DNA of 64,000 bases from Candidatus Obscuribacteraceae bacterium (GTDB lineage: Bacteria > Cyanobacteriota > Vampirovibrionia > Obscuribacterales > Obscuribacteraceae). The DNA lies in contig JBGAHS010000001.1 of NCBI GenBank assembly GCA_044226015.1, forward strand, positions 32,001 to 96,000. The letters run 5' to 3'. A program made the translations under genes and the position numbers. The notes beneath the pieces are model-generated. The model was not told the origin of the DNA, did not search any database, and saw only the letters and a list, made by a program, of their open reading frames with translations. Position 1 is the first letter of the stretch. The number at the start of each line of letters is the position of its first letter. Below, in pieces: positions 1 to 10,217 of the stretch.

Positions 1-192
1 CTCTACCTCACTGATAAAGCAATACAGGCAAGGCTGAAATCAGTTTATTTGAAATTGAACATTCCTTTAAAAGGAACTACCGAAGAGGACGAATTCAACC
101 ACAGGTGTCGGGCAATAAATACAGCGCTGCGACGAGGTCTGGTGAACAAGACTCAGCTTGAAGAATGGGAACAGAAGGTTCACCTTTGCTGA
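1..192 (+). CDS. C-terminal end of a LuxR/NarL-type HTH transcriptional regulator (partial, starts before the window)
   Basis: Frame 1 is open from base 1 to TGA at 190-192: LYLTDKAIQARLKSVYLKLNI...EFNHRCRAINTALRRGLV, resembling a LuxR HTH end (L.ls.ktv..hl..iy.KL...R..Av..A...GL). Not in the ORF track. Confidence 0.65.
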   Translation, partial: LYLTDKAIQARLKSVYLKLNIPLKGTTEEDEFNHRCRAINTALRRGLVNKTQLEEWEQKVHLC

Positions 193-265
193 TATTGTTT
201 AAGGCTATTGGATACATAAAAAGTGCTGATATTGCTTAAGGCTATTGGATAAATAACAGGTGCTG
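186..265. repeat. Two tandem ~37-bp direct repeats
   Basis: tgctgatattgtttaaggctattggatacataa followed by tgctgatattgcttaaggctattggataaataa, then a partial gtgctg. Confidence 0.8.
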
Positions 266-447
266 CGCAGGGGCACTGTCTGCTTGTGCGCTAATCACGT
301 TTTGAAATACTCAGCGACAGATTACAGTCCTTAAGAATTGCCTATTCTTAGTGGGTGAAATACGAAGCAGATGAGCGCGCTTAAATCGTCACCTTTACAT
401 CCTTAACTTATATTGGTGACAGGATTGCTAATTAAGGAAGAAGTGCG

Positions 448-2682
448 ATGGAAAGATTGACAGAATCTAACCTTCTGCAAGACCTGAGTAAAGATAACAG
501 CACGTCGACATGGTTGGCAGAGAATGTTCTGCATCCATTCATTAATGGGACAGGTGCTGTTCAAATCTATAACAATTTTGCAAAGGAAAAAGTAGGACCG
601 GCTTATGTGCCGACGGCAAAAACACTAAGTACCGATTGGGCAGTGCACACGCTCGCATCTGCAAGCGGTGCCGCAGTGACCTATGCCGTAGTTGGTAAAG
701 TTGCTGGAGCTGGAATGGGGGCTCTTAGCTCAAATCTAGGCTTTGAAGGTACAGCTGCTAAATTCATGAACAGTCAGGCTGCCGCCAACATGGTAGGCGC
801 TGGTCTCTTCGATTTAGCGAAAGCTCCGAATCCTGGTGAAACGAGAATCGGCAATGCCGCAGGTTCCGTTGCAGCATTCGGTGCTTTTGCTGTAGGAAAC
901 AAAATGTTGGGCAGCTCGGCTATGTTTGCCGAGAACGCCTTGACGCGCGGTTTAGGTCGTGTAGCTGTAGGCGCAGCAGGCGGATTGACCGGGCTTGAAG
1001 TTGGTCATTTTGTATCTAGCAAACTAGGCGCAAATGATGCAGCTTTGACCTGGGATGACCGCTTCAGAGCTATGGCATCAGGTGGCTTCGTAAACTTTGC
1101 TTTGCCACCGATGCAACAAAAACTTGGAGAGATGGTTCAGGCTGCCAGAAATGCTAAGCCTTTCAGTATGACGATGTCTGCTGAGAGAGAAGCTGAGTTG
1201 ATGAAGCAGGCTGTCGAAGGCACCATCAGCGATGCTGATTTGCCTGCCCTGCAAGCGCGCAGTGACGCCAAGCAACTCGTGAGAATGGCTTTTGGCGGAA
1301 ACAAGGATGCCGCAGCGTTAGAAGCCAGTGGAGACTTGCCGAAGGTTATTCTTCTCAAGCAACAATTTGACCCGGCCGCCAGGCAAGCGCAGATGGAAAT
1401 GGTTGCTGGAGAACTCGCCCGATTCATGAATGGAGCGAAGCAATCATTACATGGAGCAGTCTACGATTTCAGATTGACGAATCCCAAAGTTGAGAAACTG
1501 GTATTGGATGCCTTGAACAGTCGTGCTGACAATAATGTCGACGTGAAACTTGCCTTCTTCAAGCCGAATGCAAAACCTGCCGATGCTGCTGCACAAGACG
1601 GTGGTGTAGCCAAGCCAAACAGCTCTGGTGCGGCGACAGACGCAACACCAAAGGCTAGCCCGAGAACTATGCCCGAAGTGCCAGCGCCTGAGTTAGATGC
1701 ACGGGGACCTTCTCCTGAGTTTCTTGCCAAGTTGAGTCCAAAGATTCAAACTATGACCCTGACTGAGGCTATTCCTGTTGCTAAGAATGGCTCAGCACCT
1801 GAACTTGCAGGCAATGACGGAATTAGCATTGCTAGCAATCTTCCGAAAAACGTCAACAAGGTAATTGATGTTCAAAAGGGAAATCTCGATGGACTTGGCA
1901 AAGATGTAGGTGTGAATGGTATTACAGGTGGTGGACACCTGATGCACAACAAATACTTTGTGCGTGATGCTGGAACCCCAGATGCGGCAATATGGACAGG
2001 CTCGACGAATATTACTGACTCTGCATTCGGTAACCAGGACAACAACATCATTCAGATTCGTTCTGAAAAATTGGCTGGAGTCTACGAGAAAAACTTCAAC
2101 GAACTCTGGACAAAAGGTGAAATCAAAGGAACAGGCAAAGATGGTCATGCTACTGTACAAGTTGGCGACAGCACTGTAACAGTCGCATTCTCGCCCGGTG
2201 ACGGGAAATTCATCGATGCACAGTTTGCCGATAGAATCAAAGGCATGGAACAGGTTCATATAGCCTCCATGGTAATCTCGTCGAAAGATATTCTTCAGGC
2301 GCTGGCCGACAAGATATCCGAAGGGCGGGTAGTAACAGGTGTTTATGATGGACCTCAGATGGCGAATGTAGCGCGCGCATGGGGCAATTCGCAAAATCCT
2401 GAGAGTGCTGAGAAATTGAAGTTATGGAATGAGGTAAAGGCGAATCTTGTGCGCAAGAACTCCCACCCATATTCTCCAGAAGGACCGCACGATTACATGC
2501 ATAACAAGACGGTTACCGACGGCAAGGTTGTTTTGACTGGCAGTTTCAACCTCTCTAGCAATGCACGTTCAAATGCCGAAAATATGCTGGTTGTTGAGAA
2601 TTCAACAGTGGCTACTCAGTACAAGAATTACATTGATGATCTGGTCAAGACTTATGGAAGCAGGAAGCTAGCGGAGAAATAA
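448..2682 (+). CDS. Phospholipase D-family protein with a ~230-aa Gly/Ala-rich hydrophobic N-terminal domain
   Basis: Two PLD motifs: HNKYFVRD...WTGSTN and HNKTVTD...LTGSFN (the second is one residue shorter than HxKxxxxD). The N-terminus is homologous to that of the next gene. Confidence 0.85.
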   Translation: MERLTESNLLQDLSKDNSTSTWLAENVLHPFINGTGAVQIYNNFAKEKVGPAYVPTAKTLSTDWAVHTLASASGAAVTYAVVGKVAGAGMGALSSNLGFEGTAAKFMNSQAAANMVGAGLFDLAKAPNPGETRIGNAAGSVAAFGAFAVGNKMLGSSAMFAENALTRGLGRVAVGAAGGLTGLEVGHFVSSKLGANDAALTWDDRFRAMASGGFVNFALPPMQQKLGEMVQAARNAKPFSMTMSAEREAELMKQAVEGTISDADLPALQARSDAKQLVRMAFGGNKDAAALEASGDLPKVILLKQQFDPAARQAQMEMVAGELARFMNGAKQSLHGAVYDFRLTNPKVEKLVLDALNSRADNNVDVKLAFFKPNAKPADAAAQDGGVAKPNSSGAATDATPKASPRTMPEVPAPELDARGPSPEFLAKLSPKIQTMTLTEAIPVAKNGSAPELAGNDGISIASNLPKNVNKVIDVQKGNLDGLGKDVGVNGITGGGHLMHNKYFVRDAGTPDAAIWTGSTNITDSAFGNQDNNIIQIRSEKLAGVYEKNFNELWTKGEIKGTGKDGHATVQVGDSTVTVAFSPGDGKFIDAQFADRIKGMEQVHIASMVISSKDILQALADKISEGRVVTGVYDGPQMANVARAWGNSQNPESAEKLKLWNEVKANLVRKNSHPYSPEGPHDYMHNKTVTDGKVVLTGSFNLSSNARSNAENMLVVENSTVATQYKNYIDDLVKTYGSRKLAEK

Positions 2683-2695
2683 ACCAGAGGCAATC

Positions 2696-4618
2696 TTGGA
2701 AAAACTCATTGGCGATTATAAGTTAGATCCGCCCAGCGACGACAATCGAAGCTGGTTGGTTGATAACGTCTTTCACCCATTCGCCAATGGAACTGGGCTG
2801 ATTCAAGTTTATGACACTATTGCGAATAAGCCTCTCGACTTATACAAAATTCCAGAGGCGAAAACTTTCAGTACCGATTGGTGCGTTCAAGCAGTTTCCT
2901 CTGCTGCGGGAGCGGTGGTCCCTTTTGTAGTGGCCGGTAAGGTTACAGGCTTAGGAATGCGTTCCTTAAGTGATAAATTTGCTGCTCAAGGTCTGACGGC
3001 AAAATTTCTCGCGAATGAATCTGCTGCACAAGTACTGGGTGCTGGCTTATACTCGTTTGCGCAAAAGCCAGCAGATGGGCAATCTCGATTGACTGCTGCG
3101 ACTACTACAATGGCCGGATTCGCTTTCTTTTCTGCTGGTAATGCGGTTATGGAAAGGGCTCTTCCTGCGTTAAGCAGCAACATTAGTGCTTCCCTTCTGA
3201 AAGGTGCAGGACGCTTTGCTGTGGGCGCTTCTGCGGGGCTTGGCTCCTATGAGATTGGAAACTATGTCAACGGTTTACAGGGCATTAAACACGAGTCAAA
3301 CTGGAACGAACGGTTTCAGGCAATGGCGAATGGTGGCTTTGTTAATGTGGCATTGCCTGTAATGCAAGAAAGAATTGGAAAGCTTATCGACAGTGCTGCA
3401 GAAGCACGCCAATCACGCACTGAGGAAGTTCATTTGAGCAAAGGTACGGGAGAACCGAATAAAGATCGCGTTGCCAGTCTTGCAATCTCTGAGCGCCAAC
3501 TTCGGCGCGCTATGCTCGATGCCACTGATTCTAAGGGCATTGTGGATGCAACAGCGAGCTATGAAAAGTGGGCGGCGAGCCAAATCAAACTATTGCCGGA
3601 AGACTTAGCTAAGAAGCATTCTGAAATGGCTGATAGCCCCTTCAAGTTTTTGCGTGGTTCTTATTACCGCTGGGCTGAGAAGTTTCCAGAACAATTGCCA
3701 GAATTGGCTCAAGCGCCAAAAGTAAATTCTATTGGAGATCTCCACATTGAGAATTTCGGAACATGGACCGATAAAAAGGGGCGCACTATTTGGGGTGTCA
3801 ACGATTTTGATGAAGCATACAAGCTTCCATACACAAATGATTTAGTGCGCTTGCTCACCAGCGCCAATCTGCTTAAACAATCAGGTGGAATGAAGCTCAG
3901 TCTGAAAGACGCTGCTGATGCTGTTCTTGATGGATACACACGCGCGATGAAGGATGGAGGCGAGGCTTTCGTTCTTTCTGGGAAAGACTCAAAATTGAGC
4001 GACCTGGCAAAGCAGCAGGCTCCGGACTCAGCAAAGTTCTGGCGTAAACTGGAAGAACAGGTCGCAAAACGCCCAGCTAGCGATGTTTCTGCACAAGCGA
4101 CAGCCGCGCTCAAATCAATATTGCCAGATGCACAATTGCATGATTTGCGAATTGGTCAACGGCAGGCTGGAGTTGGAAGTCTCGGGCGTGAACGATATGC
4201 GGCTCTTGCAACTGTTGATGCTAAGCCAGTTGCGGCTGAAGTGAAAGCACTGTTGCCCTCCGCCAATTCATTCGTTGCCGGCAAGAAGGAAGGCAGCTTT
4301 TACACGGAAATTTTGAGTCAAGCTGTTCGTGAGCCTGATCCACTTGTGAAGGTTAGCGATTCTTGGGTGGCACGTAGTCTGTCGCCAACAAGATATCGCA
4401 TCGAATTGTCAGAACTCACGCATGCAAAAGCGGAGTCCGATCTCTTATGGGCTATGGGTTACGAAGCTGGTAATATTCATCTGGGAAGCAAAGGCGCCGC
4501 GCCGACTATTCTTAGTGACCTTGCGAATCGAAATCCTGACTGGCTTGTTGATGCTGCAAAAGTAATGACAAAGAGTACAATTGATGACCAGTCTGCTTGG
4601 AAGGCAAATCAAAAATAA
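2696..4618 (+). CDS. DUF2252-like (kinase-fold) protein with the same N-terminal domain as the upstream PLD
   Basis: Motifs SPFKFLRGS, GDLHIENFG, VNDFDEA, GVGSLG. TTG start. Confidence 0.8.
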   Translation: MEKLIGDYKLDPPSDDNRSWLVDNVFHPFANGTGLIQVYDTIANKPLDLYKIPEAKTFSTDWCVQAVSSAAGAVVPFVVAGKVTGLGMRSLSDKFAAQGLTAKFLANESAAQVLGAGLYSFAQKPADGQSRLTAATTTMAGFAFFSAGNAVMERALPALSSNISASLLKGAGRFAVGASAGLGSYEIGNYVNGLQGIKHESNWNERFQAMANGGFVNVALPVMQERIGKLIDSAAEARQSRTEEVHLSKGTGEPNKDRVASLAISERQLRRAMLDATDSKGIVDATASYEKWAASQIKLLPEDLAKKHSEMADSPFKFLRGSYYRWAEKFPEQLPELAQAPKVNSIGDLHIENFGTWTDKKGRTIWGVNDFDEAYKLPYTNDLVRLLTSANLLKQSGGMKLSLKDAADAVLDGYTRAMKDGGEAFVLSGKDSKLSDLAKQQAPDSAKFWRKLEEQVAKRPASDVSAQATAALKSILPDAQLHDLRIGQRQAGVGSLGRERYAALATVDAKPVAAEVKALLPSANSFVAGKKEGSFYTEILSQAVREPDPLVKVSDSWVARSLSPTRYRIELSELTHAKAESDLLWAMGYEAGNIHLGSKGAAPTILSDLANRNPDWLVDAAKVMTKSTIDDQSAWKANQK

Positions 4619-4621
4619 TTG

Positions 4622-6598
4622 ATGCTGACAATCGGTTCAATCTTCGACGAACGCTATCAAATCGACTCATTTCTAGGTGCAGGTGGCTTCGGTTCTGTTT
4701 ACAAGGCTACTGAACTGGCACTGAATAGAACGGTTGCTATAAAGTTATTGCATGCTTGGGATGAACATGAAGTGCGTCCAGATTCTCTCGCTCGATTTCA
4801 GCGTGAGGCGCAAGCCTTATGTCAGCTAGAGTATCAGAACATTCTGAAGGTCTACCGGCTGGGGCTCGATGAACACACACCATTTCTGGTGCTCGAGTAC
4901 TTTCCAGGTATCTCATTAAGGCAATTGATTGTGGAGAAAGCTCCACTCAACTATCGGTTCGCCTGCAATATAGCACTGAAAATTGCAGAAGCGCTTAAAT
5001 ACTCTCACGCTGCTGGTGTCATTCATCGGGATTTGAAGCCTGAAAATGTCTTGTTGGTTCCTGATTTTGACAAAGACACTGCAGAACTAAAAATTATTGA
5101 TTTTGGTTTGTGTAAGCCTGAAATTGTTCCAACAGCTGGAGCCTCAACGTTAACAGGAACGGGCGAGCTTCTTGGTAGTCCTGATTACATGAGCCCTGAG
5201 CAGGCACTTGGAAAAAAAGTCGACAAGAAAACCGACCTTTATTCTTTCGCGCTGATGTTTTTTGAAATGATAACTGGTGAAAAGCCTTTCAAAGCCGCTT
5301 CTATAGCCGAACTCTTGATGCAAAGGCTCAGCGTCAAGGTGCCACGTATTTTAGATTTGAATCCGCGATGTCAATTTCCTGCGTCAATTGATGCACTTAT
5401 TCAATCTTGCGCTGCAATCAATGTGGATGATCGACCGGATAGTTTCGATGAGGTTGTGGAAGAGCTGCAAGAGGCAATAAAGACGGTTCCGCTTGCAAGT
5501 TATTCTGCTGGCGCTGGTGCGGCAAAAAGTGGGCGACAAGTTTTATGGAAGAATGCATCGCTAGGAATTTTGCTATTGCTGATTGTTTCGCTGGGAAGCT
5601 TTTTCGGGCTTACAATTTTTAAGAGCGCTACGGTAATAAAGCCCGAGGGGCTTCGAAGAAGTCTGGCAAACAAAATAGAATCGTCTATTCGCAACGGGAA
5701 ATTAGAGGAAGCCAGAAGCGAACTCAAAAACTTTATGACAGCGACGAAACTCGATGCTTGGACATCGATTCAACGTGCCGACTTTTATTATGAGATGTTT
5801 CATTTGTTTAGTGCTGCAGATGACCAGACAACAAGCAAGCAAATGGTTCTGGGTTATCTTAAAGCAAGGTTTGCTCCGCCGACAAACCCTGCTTATCTAG
5901 ATGAGCAAAGTGAAAAACAAGTCAGCGAAATTTATGCATGGATATTCAATCCGCAAACCCACCTGGACAGAAAATTCTGGGCTTCATTGTACGCAGACTT
6001 GTGTCGTTTGGACTTCAGGGATTTGCACTCTCGTGTGGCGATTTATATTGAGGAAATCGTGACTGAGGCACTTATTAACGGAAGGGCAAATCCTCAAGCT
6101 GAGCAGCGATATTATTATCTCAAAGAGCTTTCTTCACTCATAATGGCTGCTGACTTGCATGACTGTGAGGACTTATATAAGAGGTACTGCAAGAGAGCTT
6201 TAGCAGCCTGTCATTTTCCAGGTGTCTACAGATTTGAAGCAAGAATTCTTGGGCTAATGGTGAATCACGAACTCAAGAGAAAAAACTTGGAGTTGGCAGA
6301 GGAATATATGAAAAAGAGCAATGCTATCCAAGAGCGCTTACGTAGTAACGAAGACCAACTTGAACTCAAGACTTCTTATCAAGCCAGACTTTACGAAACC
6401 GAAATTGAGTTGTGTAATGCAAAAGCCGCAAAATTCAGAGAGCAAGGTCGTGAGGCTGAAGCTAAACAAGAAGAGCGGAAAGCGAAAAAGCTACATCAAA
6501 CATCTACTGCAATGTTGCACGATGTGCAGGAAGAAGAAGATGCATTGCATGCAACTTTTGACCCCATGTACATGGAAGACAAGTCCGCAAAAAATTGA
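4622..6598 (+). CDS. Ser/Thr protein kinase with one TM helix and a helical/TPR-like C-terminus
   Basis: GAGGFG, VAIK, HRDLKPEN, DFG, YMSPE; hydrophobic segment LGILLLLIVSLGSFFGLTIF. Confidence 0.92.
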   Translation: MLTIGSIFDERYQIDSFLGAGGFGSVYKATELALNRTVAIKLLHAWDEHEVRPDSLARFQREAQALCQLEYQNILKVYRLGLDEHTPFLVLEYFPGISLRQLIVEKAPLNYRFACNIALKIAEALKYSHAAGVIHRDLKPENVLLVPDFDKDTAELKIIDFGLCKPEIVPTAGASTLTGTGELLGSPDYMSPEQALGKKVDKKTDLYSFALMFFEMITGEKPFKAASIAELLMQRLSVKVPRILDLNPRCQFPASIDALIQSCAAINVDDRPDSFDEVVEELQEAIKTVPLASYSAGAGAAKSGRQVLWKNASLGILLLLIVSLGSFFGLTIFKSATVIKPEGLRRSLANKIESSIRNGKLEEARSELKNFMTATKLDAWTSIQRADFYYEMFHLFSAADDQTTSKQMVLGYLKARFAPPTNPAYLDEQSEKQVSEIYAWIFNPQTHLDRKFWASLYADLCRLDFRDLHSRVAIYIEEIVTEALINGRANPQAEQRYYYLKELSSLIMAADLHDCEDLYKRYCKRALAACHFPGVYRFEARILGLMVNHELKRKNLELAEEYMKKSNAIQERLRSNEDQLELKTSYQARLYETEIELCNAKAAKFREQGREAEAKQEERKAKKLHQTSTAMLHDVQEEEDALHATFDPMYMEDKSAKN

Positions 6599-6778
6599 TT
6601 TTTTGTAAGCTCTGTTACAGGGTTGTTTGCCTGCGTGTCGCGAGATGTCTTACAAGTTAAGGCTTCTTTGAGCAAGGTGCATTTACCAGTTCAAGCTAAA
6701 GAGCCCAAATTCTTCGACACGGTGATTCGGCGTCGGCATTCAAACAGCTAGCGTTATCAAACTCCTTTTGGGATTGAG

Positions 6779-8035
6779 CTATGCCCGTATAATGTCGGAG
6801 AGGCTCTTATCGCCAAGCTTGAAACTTGGAAAAATGCTATCAAGCTGGGCTTGAGACAGATGCAAATGTTCTCCGATGATTGAGCCAACAACAGAGCGAA
6901 AATCAGTCGTCACTGGCAGGTCGCGTCCCTCATATAATTCGTTTTGCGCAACACCGTTCCATTTGCCGTACAGCTTGCCACCATTCACTTTGCCACCAAG
7001 TAGCCAGATAGCATTGCCGTGTCCGTGGTCGGTACCGCCGTTTCCATTCTCTTTCACGGTTCGACCAAATTCAGACATTACCATAATCATAGTTTTGTCG
7101 AAGCTCGGTCCGAGTCCTGTAGCTAACTCGGAGAGTCCTTTGCCGAGAACAGTAAGTTGATTTGCCAGTGAACCTTTGTCGTTGCCTTGGTTAACGTGCG
7201 TGTCGAATCCACCGAGAGCAACGAATGCTACTTGAACCTTGGGTTCTTGATTGATCAAGCGTCCGAGTTGTCTACCGAAGCCCCCAAATTTATTAGCTGG
7301 AATGGCGCCTCCGTTGGCTGCCTGCATTTCTCTGTCCATCTCGGAGGATGAGTTGAGCGCACTGCTTATGGTGGCTCGAGCTTCCAGTCCCTCTTCAAAA
7401 GCTTTCTCTAATTCATCTTTTCGCCCTATGTACATCTGTCTGAACTCTGAGGCGATTTCCTCGTGGTCCATTGCGGTCATTCTGCGATTTTTGCTTGGTG
7501 CATAGGTCGCAGGGGCTACTGGTCCCTGAAGAATTCTCGGTGTAGTTGCGCCAATGTTTATTGCGCGCACGGGTGAGCCATTGTTTGGCAATTGTGTAAG
7601 AAGTCGATCGAGCCACCCTGTACTGCAGACTTTGGTTCCGGGCATGCCGCTTTCCATGTAATCTTGGGCATCAAAATGCGAACGCGTAGGGTCTGGAGAG
7701 CCTGAATTCAGCACGAAAGCGAGGTTTTTGCTCTTCCAAAATGGCAACAATGGCTCAAGGACGGGATGCAAACCGAAATCGCTGTCGAGAGCAAGTGCAC
7801 CGCCAGCGGTGCCTGGTTTGGGTATGGCGATTTTGTTTCTTACTGAGTAATATTTGTCATCTCCGTAAGGCACAACAGCACTTAGACCGTCGAGCGCTCC
7901 TCGCAAAAATACCACCACAAGCTTATTGCCATTGTTCTTCTCAGTGCCAGAGTTGGCAGCCCATGCCCCGAATTCGGGTAGAAGATAGGAGAGTGATGCC
8001 ATAGAAGCTGCTTTCAAAAACTCACGTCTGTCCAT
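6779..8035 (-). CDS. DUF1501 family protein, Tat-exported
   Basis: MDRREFLK Tat motif; LVVVFLRGALDGL, RSHFDAQ, GGFDTH, SEFGRT, GTDHG. Confidence 0.9.
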   Translation of the reverse strand: MDRREFLKAASMASLSYLLPEFGAWAANSGTEKNNGNKLVVVFLRGALDGLSAVVPYGDDKYYSVRNKIAIPKPGTAGGALALDSDFGLHPVLEPLLPFWKSKNLAFVLNSGSPDPTRSHFDAQDYMESGMPGTKVCSTGWLDRLLTQLPNNGSPVRAINIGATTPRILQGPVAPATYAPSKNRRMTAMDHEEIASEFRQMYIGRKDELEKAFEEGLEARATISSALNSSSEMDREMQAANGGAIPANKFGGFGRQLGRLINQEPKVQVAFVALGGFDTHVNQGNDKGSLANQLTVLGKGLSELATGLGPSFDKTMIMVMSEFGRTVKENGNGGTDHGHGNAIWLLGGKVNGGKLYGKWNGVAQNELYEGRDLPVTTDFRSVVGSIIGEHLHLSQAQLDSIFPSFKLGDKSLSDIIRA

Positions 8036-8045
8036 GTCTGTCTCC

Positions 8046-9920
8046 TTAGTACTTCATGAATTCAGGGCTGCCTAGCAGGAGTGAAATCCGCAAGCGCTCT
8101 GGCGATTTCATCACAGCGTCAATGGTTCGGTCTGATAGTGACGGTCCAATGCAATCAGCAAGTTTTGTTGGGTCACTCAGTGCTGGTCTAACCCCTGGGA
8201 ATCGTCCGGCACCATAAGCGGTGGCGAAATTGAGTCGGTTTATTAGATTGTCCGGGTTCAGCCATGCATCTTTTGTGTTTTTGTATCCATCGGGAGTAAG
8301 GCATTTGTACAGAGGCATTCCTAGCTGTGCAAGAAGCCCAGTGCTTGGTTGCAGGTTCTCTATTTCGGCGTCAGTTGCTCGAAGGCTTGAGATTAGATAT
8401 CTGTATGGAGATTTAAATTTCGCATTCAGGGCTTTTGCATCCCAGAACTCTGGGCTATGCAGAAGCGTCCCCATAAGCTCAGCAATATCTCCATCAGTCT
8501 GTGTGAATTTTTGGCTGAGTCTATCCACCAGGGACGCCGGAGGGTTATCGCTCACGAAGTATTGCGCTAATTGATAGCTGATGTGACGAGCTGTAGATGG
8601 ATGTTTTGCGAGAATGTCGAGGACTTCTTCAATTTCAACAGCACCTTTTCCCTCAATCTTGTGACCTACCACAACTTTCTCGCCGAAATCGTGTCTGCTT
8701 TGATCAAAATATGAACCAAATCGGTCATTCAAGATTGTTGCGGGAAGAGGACCGTTTTGTGCCTGCATCATCATTTTGGGTTCATCGTTTTGCATAGCGT
8801 TGTTAGCGTGAAACTCGCCAGCACCACTGGTACTTTGTCCGTCTTGCCTTCGACCACCTCTTAATTGGTTTCTGCCAGCAAGACCGCCGCCAGCAAGCCC
8901 TCTAACAGCCCGGCCCTGTGCACCAGCAAATTGGCGCTGGCTTAGTTGACGCTGCATCATAGCCAGTCGCTGGGCCTTATTGTTATTGCCGAAACCGCCC
9001 CCGGCTCCGGGCGGTAAACCAAGCCCTGTCAGAACCCGAGCTAATTCCTGCACATCCTTTTGAGTGTAGCCTCCATCAACTCCGAGAGTATGCAGTTCCA
9101 TCAGCTCTCTGGCGTAGTTTTCGTTGATACCCTTGAACTTTGCAGCATTTTTGTTTTTGTCTGGTGCGGCGTTGGCTGCTTCACCGGTTCTGCTGTGGGG
9201 GGCCGTGTTCTGCCAGTTGTCTAGATAAAACATCATTGCTGCGTGATGGGCTGTTGCGCCGAGCAAATCTCTAAACTTACCTAATGCGTAAGGGCGAATT
9301 GACTGTTCTTCGAATGAGCCCACCCAGAGATGGTCGAGATTTTTCTCTACTGAAATATTGAAATGGTTGTACCAGAAGTCTGTCATCACCTCTTGCAGTT
9401 GTGCGGGGCTTTCCACCGCTCGCCCTAATCTTGCACTTGAGGTTTCTTCGTACAGTTTGAAGTAATTGTCGTGCAAGGCCTTTTGGACCGCTTTTTTATC
9501 TTCTTGCTTATCACTCTGACCCTTTTCGGCAATCGCTTTGAGTGCTGGGCGCCCGTATGTTAAAAAGAGTCGCGCAGGTGTTTCTTGCAGTGCTGAAACC
9601 TGGCTGAGTCGTTTGACCTTATCTGGCAGCGTAATTGATTGAGGATGGAGCTGCTCGTTGATGTAGGCTTCCACTCCTTCCGATTTGAGTTTCTCAAGGT
9701 CGCCTGGTGCAGGTCCGAAGCTTATTCGATTTAATAGATGAAGGAGTTGTTGATTTGAGTAAGTCTTGTTCTGTGTCTGTTCTGAACTTGCCAGCTTCGT
9801 TTTTTGTTCATGCTGCTTCGTTCCTGGGGTAGCGTTGACGCATTGGAGGCATAGAATGGGAGAGATAGACAAAGATAGAGCACTAACGGCCAGTCCAAAT
9901 TTCTTAAATTGGGAATTCAT
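8046..9920 (-). CDS. DUF1800 family protein
   Basis: HLLNRISFG, FWYNHFN, YLDN, NENYARELMELHTLG, KFKSP. The usual partner of DUF1501. Start placed at MNSQF. Confidence 0.9.
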   Translation of the reverse strand: MNSQFKKFGLAVSALSLSISPILCLQCVNATPGTKQHEQKTKLASSEQTQNKTYSNQQLLHLLNRISFGPAPGDLEKLKSEGVEAYINEQLHPQSITLPDKVKRLSQVSALQETPARLFLTYGRPALKAIAEKGQSDKQEDKKAVQKALHDNYFKLYEETSSARLGRAVESPAQLQEVMTDFWYNHFNISVEKNLDHLWVGSFEEQSIRPYALGKFRDLLGATAHHAAMMFYLDNWQNTAPHSRTGEAANAAPDKNKNAAKFKGINENYARELMELHTLGVDGGYTQKDVQELARVLTGLGLPPGAGGGFGNNNKAQRLAMMQRQLSQRQFAGAQGRAVRGLAGGGLAGRNQLRGGRRQDGQSTSGAGEFHANNAMQNDEPKMMMQAQNGPLPATILNDRFGSYFDQSRHDFGEKVVVGHKIEGKGAVEIEEVLDILAKHPSTARHISYQLAQYFVSDNPPASLVDRLSQKFTQTDGDIAELMGTLLHSPEFWDAKALNAKFKSPYRYLISSLRATDAEIENLQPSTGLLAQLGMPLYKCLTPDGYKNTKDAWLNPDNLINRLNFATAYGAGRFPGVRPALSDPTKLADCIGPSLSDRTIDAVMKSPERLRISLLLGSPEFMKY

Positions 9921-10217
9921 ATTAAATGGGCACCTGCTGTTACCTGCTTCTAAGACGTCAATGGGAACAAAAAAGTTCAAAAATCTTACCGCAGTTTTAG
10001 TTAAAAGTTAGGACGAACGGCCATTTTTTGATCACGAGTTCTCTCAGATTAGCTTGCCTAGATGCTCGCCTGGGGAGAGCAACATTATGCGGCTTTGTTT
10101 CTTGCTTATTTTGTTAAATGTGGTGAAATGTTGAGAGTCGTCATTTCCATTTGGGAATTTGGTCGGTCGCAAGTCTTGATTGCTCTATAGGACACAAGAA
10201 TTCAGAGGTCATAGACA

